Numbered from the stretch's first letter, positions 28,389 through 38,332 are shown. The stretch is DNA of 50,472 bases from Candidatus Woesearchaeota archaeon B3_Woes (GCA_005222965.1 NJBG01000001.1:499061-549532); one strand, 5' to 3'. Notes: generated from the letters alone by a model not told the origin. Translations and numbers: made by a program.

Positions 28389-29915
28389 ATGGACCTAAAT
28401 AAGACAATAAACAACTTACATCGCTTAGAAAGAGCAGTACTGCCTGTTTTAACTAAATATAAAGATATAAAGGGCATAGAACAAGCCACAGGCCTAAAAG
28501 AGGTAGAAATAGTTCGTGCTTTACAATGGCTTCAAAATAAAGATATTGTTAGCTTAAAAGAAGAATTAAGAGAGGTTATTGAGCTGGATAAAAACGGCCA
28601 AAAATACATAAAAGAAGAATTACCAGAAAAAAAATTACTAAAAGCCCTTAAAAAAGGTCCAATGACAATGGATCAAATAAAGGAAAAAGCAGGTCTAACA
28701 AAAGAAGAACAAAACATCGCATTAGGAATTCTAAGGAAAAAAGCAGCTGTTTTTATAACAAAAGAAGGTAAAAATATTATTCTTAAGATAATGGAACAAG
28801 GTAAAAAATTAGTTGAAAAAGGATTAACAGAAGAAAATTTTCTTAAAAAAGAATTTCCAATTTATGTAGATGAGTTATCTCAACAAGAGAAATTTGCTTT
28901 TGATGAACTCAAAAAAAGAAAAAACATACTCAAAACAAATATAGAGAAAACAAAGAGAGCAGAATTAACAGAATTAGGAAAAGAAATATCAGAAAGCGAT
29001 ATAGAAATATCAGATACTTTTGACAGATTAACACCAGAAATGCTAAAAAACGGGTCATGGAGACAAAAAAAATTCAGAGGTTATGATATAAAAATAAATG
29101 TCCCCAAAATACACGCAGCAAAAAAACAACCATATAGAAGGTTTTTAGATGAATTAAGAAACAAATTCTTGGCATTGGGTTTTGAAGAAATGTTTGGCCC
29201 TCTTGTTGAGACAGACTTTTGGGATATGGATGCCTTGTTCATGCCACAATTCCATTCAGCAAGAGATATTCATTCTGCCTTTTACATAAAAGAACCAAGA
29301 TACGGAAAACTAGACGAAAAACTAGTCAAAAAAGTAAAACAAGCCCATGAAAATGGATTCAACACAACATCAAAAGGATGGAACTATAAATTTGATGAAA
29401 AACAAAGCCACAAATTATTATTAAGAACCCAAACAACAGCCTGTTCTGCAAGAAAAATAGCTTCTAAAGACCTAAAAATTCCTGGAAAATACTTTGCAAT
29501 TGGAAGGTGTTTTAGACCAGATGTCATTGACGCAACACACTCAGCGGATTTTAATCAAGTGGAAGGAATAGTAATCGAGGAAAACCTTAACTTTAGACAT
29601 CTTAAAGGATTATTAAAAATGTTTGCAGAAGAATTTTGCAATACAAATCAAATAAAAATTGTTCCTGCATATTTTCCTTTTACAGAACCATCTGCAGAAC
29701 TATTTGCAAAACATCCACAGATGGGCTGGATAGAATTAGGGGGTGCAGGAATACTTAGACCAGAAGTCGTCAAACCTCTATTAGGAAAAGAAATGCCGGT
29801 TTTGGCGTGGGGAATAGGTATAGATAGAATTGCAATGTTTAATCTAGAAATAAATGATATAAGAAAATTATTTGCTCATGATTTAAATTTTTTAAGAAAC
29901 CAAAAGGTAATATAA
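28389..29915 (+). CDS. pheS: Phenylalanine--tRNA ligase alpha subunit
   Basis: Archaeal N-terminal wHTH extension; ALFMPQFHSARD, LLRTQTT, FRPDVIDATH, YFPFTEPS, GIGIDR. Confidence 0.97.
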   Translation: MDLNKTINNLHRLERAVLPVLTKYKDIKGIEQATGLKEVEIVRALQWLQNKDIVSLKEELREVIELDKNGQKYIKEELPEKKLLKALKKGPMTMDQIKEKAGLTKEEQNIALGILRKKAAVFITKEGKNIILKIMEQGKKLVEKGLTEENFLKKEFPIYVDELSQQEKFAFDELKKRKNILKTNIEKTKRAELTELGKEISESDIEISDTFDRLTPEMLKNGSWRQKKFRGYDIKINVPKIHAAKKQPYRRFLDELRNKFLALGFEEMFGPLVETDFWDMDALFMPQFHSARDIHSAFYIKEPRYGKLDEKLVKKVKQAHENGFNTTSKGWNYKFDEKQSHKLLLRTQTTACSARKIASKDLKIPGKYFAIGRCFRPDVIDATHSADFNQVEGIVIEENLNFRHLKGLLKMFAEEFCNTNQIKIVPAYFPFTEPSAELFAKHPQMGWIELGGAGILRPEVVKPLLGKEMPVLAWGIGIDRIAMFNLEINDIRKLFAHDLNFLRNQKVI

Positions 29916-29916
29916 A

Positions 29917-30168
29917 ATGAATTTAATAGAAATTAATAGGGAAGAAATAGTCAAAAGAGTTAGAGAATTGGCCGATGCAAAGAAAAAATGGCACTTTCAT
30001 TTTTTAACACCAAATTGTATATTTAACAATAAAGAAAAATTTGCATTAATATTAGAAGATGAAGAAAAAAAAGAGTCGTATGTTTGTTATTTTAACGAAC
30101 AACCTGAAGAATTGAAGATATTTGAAAATTTACTATATAAAAGACCAGAGGATTTTGATTCATATTAA
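29917..30168 (+). CDS. Small hypothetical protein with WHFH-x4-C motif
   Basis: 83-aa ORF exactly filling the pheS-pheT gap with TAAaATG junctions on both sides. Confidence 0.75.
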   Translation: MNLIEINREEIVKRVRELADAKKKWHFHFLTPNCIFNNKEKFALILEDEEKKESYVCYFNEQPEELKIFENLLYKRPEDFDSY

Positions 30169-30169
30169 A

Positions 30170-31822
30170 ATGCCAACAATAAATTTTAGTCTAAAGGATT
30201 TGCAAAAACTAATAGGAAAAAAGATTACATTAGATGAATTACAAGACCTATTATCCTACGCTAAAGCAGAACTTGAAGATTACGACAAATCAACAGATGA
30301 AGCAACAGCAGATTTTGGAGATACAAATCTCCCTTATTTATGGTCAACCGAAGGAATTGCAAGATTAATAAAAGGGATTTTAGGCAAGGAAAAAGGAATA
30401 CCAAAACTAACCCTCAATAAATCCCCCAATCATACAATAATTGTTGAAAACTCTGTAACTAAAATAAGACCATATATTGCTACTTTTGTTGCAAAAGGAT
30501 GTAAGGTTGATGATTATCTTATAAAACAAATAATTCAATTACAGGAAAAATTATGTGAAACTTATGGCAGAAAAAGAAAAAAGATAGCTATAGGTGTTTT
30601 CAATTATTCAAAAATAAAATTCCCACTACACTACAAAGCAGTTCAACCAAACAAAATAAAATTTATTCCTTTAGGATATAAAAAAGAGATGGATTTGAAC
30701 GAAATATTAGAAGAACACCCGAAAGGCCAGGAATATTCATGGATATTAGAAGGGTTTGAGAGATATCCAATATTAATAGACGACGAAAACAAAGTTTTAA
30801 GTTTTCCACCAATAATCAATTCAAACGAAACAGGCAAAATAGAAGAAAAAGATTCTGATTTGTTTTTTGATATTACTGGAACAGACCTGGAATCTGTTTT
30901 AGTAGTATGCAATATATTTGCACAAGCAATGCATGACAGAGGATTCAAAATTTTCTCAGTAGATACAAAATATCCGAACAAAAAAATTACAACACCTTTT
31001 ATGTTTAACGATTCTATTAAATTAAAGATAGAGACAGCAAAAGAAGTCCTTGGCTTGGATTTAAAAGAAGCAGAAATTAAAACATTATTAGAAAAACAAA
31101 GATATGATTATAAGGCAGGAAAAGTTCTAATACCCAGTTATAGAAAGGATATTTTACATATAAGGGACGTTATAGAGGATATAGGTATTGCTTATGGATA
31201 TAATAAAATAGAAGAATTGCCTTTAACAAGTTACACCCCTGGATCAACCAGCCAGCATATTACCTTTTTAGATAAAATAAGAGAAATGATAGTTGGATTA
31301 GGATTCCAAGAAGTAATGAGCCAAATATTATCTAACAAAAATTTATTATATAACAAAATGGAAATAGAGGATTTTGGAACAGTTGAATTACAAAATCCAA
31401 CTTCTGAAAATTATTCTGTTCTACGTACATGGATTGTACCAATCTTAATGGAATTTCTATCTAAAAATAAACATGTAGAATATCCTCAGAATATATTCGA
31501 ACAAGGCACTGTTACAATAAAAAAAGAAGGAAAAATAATAGATTATGAAAGAATAGCTGCTCTTTCTATATCCGAAAAAGCAGATTATACAAAAATTAAA
31601 CAAACATTAGATTGTTTAATGAGGATGTTGGATATAGAATATAAAATAGAAGAAACAAAACATGATAGTTTTATAGAAGGAAGGGTTGGTAGGATAATTG
31701 TTAATGATAAAAAAGTTGGTTATATTGGAGAAATAAACCCAAAAGTAATTTATAATTTTAATCTAGAAATGCCTGTTATAGGTTTTGAAATAAATATTTC
31801 TGAATTATTTTCAACTCTATAA
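30170..31822 (+). CDS. pheT: Phenylalanine--tRNA ligase beta subunit
   Basis: MPTI start, IRPYI, QLQEKL, SFPPIINS, YRKDILH..DVIEDIGIAYGY; start taken at ATG 30170. Confidence 0.97.
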   Translation: MPTINFSLKDLQKLIGKKITLDELQDLLSYAKAELEDYDKSTDEATADFGDTNLPYLWSTEGIARLIKGILGKEKGIPKLTLNKSPNHTIIVENSVTKIRPYIATFVAKGCKVDDYLIKQIIQLQEKLCETYGRKRKKIAIGVFNYSKIKFPLHYKAVQPNKIKFIPLGYKKEMDLNEILEEHPKGQEYSWILEGFERYPILIDDENKVLSFPPIINSNETGKIEEKDSDLFFDITGTDLESVLVVCNIFAQAMHDRGFKIFSVDTKYPNKKITTPFMFNDSIKLKIETAKEVLGLDLKEAEIKTLLEKQRYDYKAGKVLIPSYRKDILHIRDVIEDIGIAYGYNKIEELPLTSYTPGSTSQHITFLDKIREMIVGLGFQEVMSQILSNKNLLYNKMEIEDFGTVELQNPTSENYSVLRTWIVPILMEFLSKNKHVEYPQNIFEQGTVTIKKEGKIIDYERIAALSISEKADYTKIKQTLDCLMRMLDIEYKIEETKHDSFIEGRVGRIIVNDKKVGYIGEINPKVIYNFNLEMPVIGFEINISELFSTL

Positions 31823-31828
31823 ATTAAG

Positions 31829-32191
31829 TTATTTTTTCTGCTTCTTTTCTTTTACTTCCTTTTTAGGTTTAACTTCTTTTTTCTCAGCAGCAGGTTTTTC
31901 TTTCTCTCTCCTAACTTTTCTTGGCTTATCTGCTTTCTCTTTACTTTTCTTCTTTTTCTCTTTTACTTCAATTCCTTCTGCTTTTAAGGCCTTAACAACT
32001 TCTTCATGGCTGGCCTTTTTAGGAAGTTTAATAACTTTATCTAATGGCTCAATATGAAGAATATTACACTTCCTTCTTCTAACTTGTCCATCAATTAAGA
32101 TATGACCTTTCTCAAGAATTTCAACAATAACTCCTTTTAAACCAGCATCTCTTCCAGCCAATTTCACAATCAATCTTCCAACTTCAATCAT
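31829..32191 (-). CDS. rpl14e: Ribosomal protein eL14
   Basis: IEVGRLIVKLAGRDAG, VRRRKCNILHIEP; Lys-rich tail. Confidence 0.95.
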   Translation of the reverse strand: MIEVGRLIVKLAGRDAGLKGVIVEILEKGHILIDGQVRRRKCNILHIEPLDKVIKLPKKASHEEVVKALKAEGIEVKEKKKKSKEKADKPRKVRREKEKPAAEKKEVKPKKEVKEKKQKK

Positions 32192-32246
32192 TTTATCTCT
32201 CCAATCTCATTTTTTTATAAATGATGTTACCAACCATTTTATGAGA

Positions 32247-32513
32247 TTATTCTTTTATTTTCGCTTTAATAGTTTCCCTCATACATCTGCTGCAAAGATT
32301 CCCACCATAGGGTCTTGAAACAGTTTTTTGACTTTTAGGAATATTTTGCATTTTTTTAGGACGTTCCCTGCTTATACCTTTAAGAACATCACCACACTTA
32401 GCACATTTAGCCTTTTTTGGTTTTCTAGTTAAATAATGTAATTTTGTTTTTCCACCAGGAGTTTTCTTAAATATTCTCCTAAATGTTCGTGATTTTAACC
32501 TTCCTGATACCAT
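32247..32513 (-). CDS. rpl34e: Ribosomal protein eL34
   Basis: KTPGG, CAKCG, RPYGGNLCSRC. Confidence 0.96.
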   Translation of the reverse strand: MVSGRLKSRTFRRIFKKTPGGKTKLHYLTRKPKKAKCAKCGDVLKGISRERPKKMQNIPKSQKTVSRPYGGNLCSRCMRETIKAKIKE

Positions 32514-32598
32514 AATTAATGTGATTTTGGGGGGCTTTAAAAATCTTTCTTTTTACATCTTTCAGAAATTTTATAAACTCCAAAATTTGACAAATAAC

Positions 32599-33336
32599 AT
32601 GGAACACATATATTTAATCCTCATTATTAGTGTAATTGGACCAGTTTTAGGATCTTTTATAGGGGTTATTAGAAAACCTTCTAAACTTTTTATGTATAAC
32701 ATGCTTGCTTTTGCAGCAGGAGTAATGATTACAATATCCATCATAGAATTAATACCCAAAAGCATAGAGTTCTCTTCAGTATGGTTGGCTTGTTTAGGTA
32801 TTATCATAGGAACAGCATCCATGTACCTCCTTGATAAATTAATACCACACATACATCCTGAGTTATGCGAACCAGAACAAGGCCGTAAACTAAAAAGAAC
32901 ATCAGTATACCTTCTTATAGGCATATTCATGCACAATTTTCCAGAAGGAATAGCAATCGCTTCAGGAATTGTAACTAATTTTAAAACAGCTCTAACAATA
33001 TCATTAGCAATTGCAATACAAAATATCCCAGAAGGAATTTGTACAAGCGCCCCATACTATTATTGCACAAAGAAAAAACTCAAATCATTTTTATTATCAT
33101 CTTCGACAGCAATACCCATCCTCTTGGGGTTTTATCTAGGGTACCTTGTTTTCCCAAATATACCCCTATATATTGTGGGAATAATTATTGCTGCAACCGC
33201 AGGAATAATGATATACATTTCTGCTGATGAATTAATTCCAACTTCTTGCAACAAATGCAATAACTCCTGGAACCATAGCGTTATCTTCTCATTAATAATT
33301 GGCGTTTTATTTGTTATAATTCTTACTTCAATCTGA
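32599..33336 (+). CDS. ZIP (ZupT/GufA) family metal transporter
   Basis: AFAAGVM, HNFPEG, QNIPEG, AGIMIYISADELIP; start taken at ATG 32599. Confidence 0.93.
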   Translation: MEHIYLILIISVIGPVLGSFIGVIRKPSKLFMYNMLAFAAGVMITISIIELIPKSIEFSSVWLACLGIIIGTASMYLLDKLIPHIHPELCEPEQGRKLKRTSVYLLIGIFMHNFPEGIAIASGIVTNFKTALTISLAIAIQNIPEGICTSAPYYYCTKKKLKSFLLSSSTAIPILLGFYLGYLVFPNIPLYIVGIIIAATAGIMIYISADELIPTSCNKCNNSWNHSVIFSLIIGVLFVIILTSI

Positions 33337-33591
33337 ACCAGAAACAGCAGCATAATCAGAATTGAGTTTTAAATCAGGCCTACCAAGCAACCTACGCAAA
33401 TGTTCATCTATTAATGCATCATTATTTGTTGCCCTTCTTTGTTGATCTTGTAAGGTTTTTTCTAACCCTTGGTTAATCAACCTCTCAGATTCCCTTTTAT
33501 TTTCAGGCCTATAATAAGGGGGATGAATTGGGTGATGTTTATAAGGAACCCTGTGATTTCTTTTTATTAGTTCAACCATTTGGATATTCAT
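33328..33591 (-). CDS. Orphan hypothetical protein
   Basis: 87-aa ORF filling the gap, with TTTATATA box upstream; His/Pro-rich N-terminus; no recognised family. Confidence 0.5.
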   Translation of the reverse strand: MNIQMVELIKRNHRVPYKHHPIHPPYYRPENKRESERLINQGLEKTLQDQQRRATNNDALIDEHLRRLLGRPDLKLNSDYAAVSGSD

Positions 33592-33669
33592 CTAAATAAT
33601 TAAAATACTATATAAATTTTTTTAATAATCTTCAAAAATTATTTAAACAAAAGACCGTTTTATATCACT

Positions 33670-33993
33670 ATGGGCTTTATAATAATCTACATAACTCATC
33701 AAAACATCAAAGAAGCAAAAAAAGTAGTTTCTCATCTACTTAAAAAGAAACTTATTACATGCGCTAATTTCTTACCAATTAAAAGCTCTTACTGGTGGAA
33801 AGGGAAGATAAAAAATGATAGTGAAATGGTTACTATAGTTAAAACCAAAAAAGAAAACTGGAAAAAAGTTAAGTCAGAAGTAAAAAAAATACATCCTTAT
33901 GAAATCCCATGTATTATGAAATTTAACGTAGAATCAAATAAAGAATACGAATCCTGGATTAATTCAAAAATAAAATCAATAAACTTTCAATAA
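33670..33993 (+). CDS. cutA: Divalent-cation tolerance protein CutA
   Basis: LITCAN, SSYWWKGKI, HPYEIPCI, YESW. Confidence 0.95.
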   Translation: MGFIIIYITHQNIKEAKKVVSHLLKKKLITCANFLPIKSSYWWKGKIKNDSEMVTIVKTKKENWKKVKSEVKKIHPYEIPCIMKFNVESNKEYESWINSKIKSINFQ

Positions 33994-34737
33994 TTTTCTT
34001 ATCAAAATACTAAACATTATTGAAAATAGAATATAAGTTCCTAACCAACCAAAATTATTAATCCAAGGTATTGGGAGGACAGTAAGAGGTTGAACCTTCT
34101 TATTACTAACTGTAATTGATTTAACACCATCTTTCTTAATTTTTGTAACTGGAAGTTTATAATTCTTCTCATCACTAATCAAAACAACATTAGAATAAAT
34201 ATCATCATTAAATTTATAATTAAGCTGATACTCTCCCACTTCGCCTTCCAAAACCCATTTTACTTGACCAGCCTGAATAGTTTGTGTTAACCCATTCATA
34301 ACTTCTAAATCAGGAAGCACTAATTCAACCTCTCCATTAACTCCTTCATTAAAATCCATTGTAACAGAAAATTCTTCTCCAGGCAATAAAGGATAATATC
34401 CAAGATGAGCACTCATCCATCCAAAAAATATGATAATAGGCAAAAAAGTAAACAACATCGGTTTAAAACTATGCATCATATATTTGCTATTTGTCTGCAT
34501 CATCTTTTTCTGAACACCCATGGCCTTTTCTGGTTGATCCTTTAATTCTTTTATCTGTTTTTGAAAAGCCTTTAATTCTGCTTTCAAATCTTTCATCAAA
34601 CTTTGATTAGTTGTGTATTTATAGATAAGAGTAATAATCATTGTAATAACAAAAACTAAAATCATCAATGTCCAGAAATAGCCTAAAAATTCTAATAAGG
34701 GATTTAATACAGGATTCAATAAAGATTCAAAAGCCAT
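33976..34737 (-). CDS. DUF106 / EMC3-TMCO1 (Oxa1 superfamily) membrane protein
   Basis: TM, coiled coil, FKPMLFTFLPII, GWLGTYIL; conserved position downstream of secY. Confidence 0.9.
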   Translation of the reverse strand: MAFESLLNPVLNPLLEFLGYFWTLMILVFVITMIITLIYKYTTNQSLMKDLKAELKAFQKQIKELKDQPEKAMGVQKKMMQTNSKYMMHSFKPMLFTFLPIIIFFGWMSAHLGYYPLLPGEEFSVTMDFNEGVNGEVELVLPDLEVMNGLTQTIQAGQVKWVLEGEVGEYQLNYKFNDDIYSNVVLISDEKNYKLPVTKIKKDGVKSITVSNKKVQPLTVLPIPWINNFGWLGTYILFSIMFSILIRKLLKVY

Positions 34738-34754
34738 TTATACACCTCTTAAAT

Positions 34755-36143
34755 TTATTCCATAAACTTTCGCATCATTGGATGCATATCCATCATATGT
34801 TGTTTAGCAATCTCTTCATACAATTTGTAAATAATCATAACAGCCAACAATATCCCGGTTCCACTTGATAAAGCACCAGTTAAATCAGCTAAAGCAGCCA
34901 AAAGCCCGATAGTAATGGCCCCCATTATTGTTAAAGACCAAATATATCTATTTAATAATCTTTCTAAAATTCTTTGATCTTTTCTAAATCCAGGAATCTG
35001 TAATCCAGAAGACATCATATTCTTTGCCTGACTTCGGGCATCCATCCCAGCAGTCTGCATCCAAAAAACAGAGAAAACCACACAACCCAAAACCATAAAA
35101 ATCACATAAACCAAAGAATGACCAACATCAGCAAAAGTTAGACTACCTTTGATAACTTTTCCTACAATATTAGGTGAAGATATCCATGACACTAATCCTG
35201 TTGCAGGAGAGTTTCCAATAAAGGTTCCTAAAAAAGGATGTCCCCAATTTTGCAATAACCTTGCCCAAAGCTGCATATTAGCAATCAAAGCAGATACAAG
35301 TATAACTGGAATAACTCCTGTGTATATAAAAGACAAAGGCCATCTAATTCCGTGACCTCTCACCCTGCCCATACTCAAAGGAATCTCAACCTTCATGGCC
35401 TGAGCATAAACTACAATAACAAAAACCAATAAAGTAGAAATAACAGCCGCCAACATTAAACCAGCTGTTATAGGATCTCCAGCAGCTAAACTCTGAAATA
35501 AAGCAGGAATAGCACCAGTTGCTATACTGGGATTAGTTGGAGAAGGCAAAGGACTCAATGCTCTTATAAAAATTGTCTGACTAACTCCTGCAGCAATAAA
35601 CAAACCAGTACCTGAACCAAAACCCCATTTAGAAACAACCTCATCCATAAATAAAATCATCATTCCACCTAAAAATATTTGGAAAACAAGCAAAACCTGC
35701 AATTGCGAATATAATATTGTTCCAATTAAATCAGGAGAAGGTGACAACCCACCCATATAAACGTAAATAATAGATTCAAATATTATGAAGAATATTGCTA
35801 ATAATTTCTGAGTACCTTGAAAATTCCTCTTACCTTCGTGAGAATGTAAATCAAACTTTAAAATACCAGATCCATTTAATAATTGTAATACAATCGAAGA
35901 GGTTACAATAGGACCGATTCCAAGACTAATTATACTTCCAAACTTAGCTCCTAATATAATACTTAAGTACTCAAATCTTTGCAAAGCATTTAAACCAAGA
36001 CCAAACAAAGGAATCATACCCAAAACAAAAAATAATATGAGAATAACACCCGTCCATTTTAATTTCTCTTTAAAAGAAAGTTTTTTCTGAGTAGGTCCAG
36101 CCACTTCAGGCAAATTTAATAATATTGTTTTAAAAAAACCCAT
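34755..36143 (-). CDS. secY: Protein translocase subunit SecY
   Basis: LGIGPIVTSSIVLQLL, DEVVSKWGFGSG, QIPGFR, GTGILL; start taken at ATG 36143. Confidence 0.98.
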   Translation of the reverse strand: MGFFKTILLNLPEVAGPTQKKLSFKEKLKWTGVILILFFVLGMIPLFGLGLNALQRFEYLSIILGAKFGSIISLGIGPIVTSSIVLQLLNGSGILKFDLHSHEGKRNFQGTQKLLAIFFIIFESIIYVYMGGLSPSPDLIGTILYSQLQVLLVFQIFLGGMMILFMDEVVSKWGFGSGTGLFIAAGVSQTIFIRALSPLPSPTNPSIATGAIPALFQSLAAGDPITAGLMLAAVISTLLVFVIVVYAQAMKVEIPLSMGRVRGHGIRWPLSFIYTGVIPVILVSALIANMQLWARLLQNWGHPFLGTFIGNSPATGLVSWISSPNIVGKVIKGSLTFADVGHSLVYVIFMVLGCVVFSVFWMQTAGMDARSQAKNMMSSGLQIPGFRKDQRILERLLNRYIWSLTIMGAITIGLLAALADLTGALSSGTGILLAVMIIYKLYEEIAKQHMMDMHPMMRKFME

Positions 36144-36144
36144 T

Positions 36145-36585
36145 TTATTCTTTTGTTGTGTTCTCCACAACCTCTAAAATAACCTCTCCACCCTCTTTTT
36201 TAATAGCATCCACAACTTTTTTTGAAGCCTTTGAAACTTTAATCTTCATACCTTTCATAACTTTTCCTTTTCCTAATAATTTATTATACCCCAATTTATC
36301 TAAATCATAAATCCCTTTTTCTTCTTTTAGTAAACCAGACGAAATTAATTTCTGAACTTTTGTAGTATTAATAGCTTTAATTTTTATCTTAACTCCTTGT
36401 GGTTTAAAACCAACATTACCTGTTTTTTTCTTCCAAACACTCGGCTTTTTCTGATCAGCCCTCTTACCAGTACCAGCATTACCACTCCCTCCTTTATTTC
36501 CCTTACCTCGCCTCTTCTTCATACTACCGCAACCATGGGTTTTTGATCCCCTATACCTTCCAGATTTCTTTCTTTTGTTTATCAT
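36145..36585 (-). CDS. rpl15: Ribosomal protein uL15
   Basis: RGSKTHGCG, GGSGNAG, KLLGKG. Confidence 0.96.
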   Translation of the reverse strand: MINKRKKSGRYRGSKTHGCGSMKKRRGKGNKGGSGNAGTGKRADQKKPSVWKKKTGNVGFKPQGVKIKIKAINTTKVQKLISSGLLKEEKGIYDLDKLGYNKLLGKGKVMKGMKIKVSKASKKVVDAIKKEGGEVILEVVENTTKE

Positions 36586-36983
36586 CCTAACATCCTTTTT
36601 AATAAATCATTAATCTTGTCTCCTCTATACCCTAATCCACCACTTTTTGAAAAAGCAACTTTGATACCTTTTCTCCCAAACCCTTTTCTAGGAGGATTTA
36701 ATCTAAAAAACTTTTTAATAACTTCCTTTCCTTCTTTATTTTTTGTTTTTTCTCCTCTTTTCTTAACAACCAAATCTTCAGTTTCTTTATCTATTTCTCC
36801 ATAAGTAACATAATCTTTTACCTTCTTAATCATTCCAAAATCTTTTTTATCTATCAAAACACAATAATTTTTACGATAAAGCCCCATCAACTCCATAGTG
36901 TGATTTATTTCTTTTTTTACTCTAACTAAACCCCTTATTCTTATTACAGCATATTTAACATTGGGTTTTGATTCTTCACTCAT
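36582..36983 (-). CDS. rpl30: Ribosomal protein uL30
   Basis: AVIRIRG, KVKDYVTYGE, FRLNPPRKG, INDLLKRM. Confidence 0.96.
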   Translation of the reverse strand: MSEESKPNVKYAVIRIRGLVRVKKEINHTMELMGLYRKNYCVLIDKKDFGMIKKVKDYVTYGEIDKETEDLVVKKRGEKTKNKEGKEVIKKFFRLNPPRKGFGRKGIKVAFSKSGGLGYRGDKINDLLKRMLG

Positions 36984-37770
36984 CTTTTTTATCCTCTTCT
37001 TCTACTTTTTCTGTCGTTTTCTTAATAGAACCTTCCATCACACCAACATTCTCGCTTCCTTTTTGATTAACTCTTGTATCCATTAATTTTCTTAAAGCCA
37101 TATCGCAAGCATATATAAGATTGTTCTTACTTTTTGTCTGACCAGATGTCCTTGACCACACATCTTTGATTCCAGCCAAACTTAAAATTTTCTGACTTTC
37201 TTTTTCAACCTTTAATCCAGTTCCTTTTGGAGCAGGCATCAACACAACCTTTACAGAACCACACTTCCCTTCTACTCTAAAAGGAATACTATGGGGCTCT
37301 TTACACCCGCATTGCCACGATCCACAACCCCTCCTTATTTTTATTAAGTTTAATCTTGCATTTCTAAAGGCCTTTTCTCTAGCAGGCACAGTCTCCTTAC
37401 TTTTCCCAAAACCAATCCCAACATATCCATCTCTATTACCAACTATAGCACAAGTAGAAAAATGAGGTTTATTGCCTTCTCTTGTTTTCTTTTGGGTTTG
37501 TTTAAATACTCTTCTTTGACCCCCGCCAAACTTACCTTTTGCTTGTCCAACCAACAATAATTCTGATTCAATATTAGGTATTAAAACATCTACAATTTCT
37601 GATTCTAGAATTCTAATTCCATTATCAAGTACAAAATCAATATTATTTACTTCACCACTCTTAACCTGTTTCCCTAATTTTGTTTTTGGTTTCCAACTCT
37701 CTTTATCAAATTCCTTAACAAAACCTTCTTTACGTCTTTCTTTTGGTTTATATTTAGTTTTTTCTTTCAT
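36976..37770 (-). CDS. rps5: Ribosomal protein uS5
   Basis: WKPKTKLG, RRGCGSW, PAPKGTGL; start taken at ATG 37770. Confidence 0.96.
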   Translation of the reverse strand: MKEKTKYKPKERRKEGFVKEFDKESWKPKTKLGKQVKSGEVNNIDFVLDNGIRILESEIVDVLIPNIESELLLVGQAKGKFGGGQRRVFKQTQKKTREGNKPHFSTCAIVGNRDGYVGIGFGKSKETVPAREKAFRNARLNLIKIRRGCGSWQCGCKEPHSIPFRVEGKCGSVKVVLMPAPKGTGLKVEKESQKILSLAGIKDVWSRTSGQTKSKNNLIYACDMALRKLMDTRVNQKGSENVGVMEGSIKKTTEKVEEEDKKDE

Positions 37771-37771
37771 A

Positions 37772-38332
37772 TTAATCAATCTTCTTTTTAGTTTCTTCAA
37801 AATATTTAGGTATATCTTCAGCTTTAATACCTTTTTTTACATAAGATGAAAAAATCTTCTCATATTTTCCCTCTTTTATTAATTTTTGAGCATAATTTGC
37901 TATATGAACCCCTTTTACCGCATCTTCACTGGGAAATATGTCTTCTGAACATGGAACATTTAATCCAGCATCCAAAACACCTTTTAATGAGGCATACAAT
38001 CTACCCCCTTTTATACTCTTTCCTAATCCAATATCTAAAATAGCGCATTTAATGCCTTTTTTTGCTGCCTTTTTCCCAACCAAATAACCTGTTAAATATG
38101 CTGCTGGTAAATTTGTTCTTCCTGCTTTCCATTCAAACTTTTTTTCAAGTTCTTTAGAATCAGCAGAAACCAATATTTTATCCCCTTTCTCATTGTATTC
38201 TATAAGTTGTATAGTCATGTTTTTCAAAGATTTTCTTATTATTAATCTAGGTTTTTCATTTAACAATAAGTTCAACCTTTTTTTATAATCAGTTTTCCCT
38301 TCTCTCTTCCTTCTAAATTCAACACGTTTCAT
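37772..38332 (-). CDS. rpl18: Ribosomal protein uL18
   Basis: RRKREGKTDY, NLPAAYLTG, LDIGL. Confidence 0.97.
   Translation of the reverse strand: MKRVEFRRKREGKTDYKKRLNLLLNEKPRLIIRKSLKNMTIQLIEYNEKGDKILVSADSKELEKKFEWKAGRTNLPAAYLTGYLVGKKAAKKGIKCAILDIGLGKSIKGGRLYASLKGVLDAGLNVPCSEDIFPSEDAVKGVHIANYAQKLIKEGKYEKIFSSYVKKGIKAEDIPKYFEETKKKID

Noticed and set aside
30122..30169. pheT N-terminal extension overlapping the mini-gene, or a frameshift fusion
   Set aside because: The TTG-started extension is an ORF-caller artefact; the canonical MPTI start is at 30170 and pheS and pheT both look complete.
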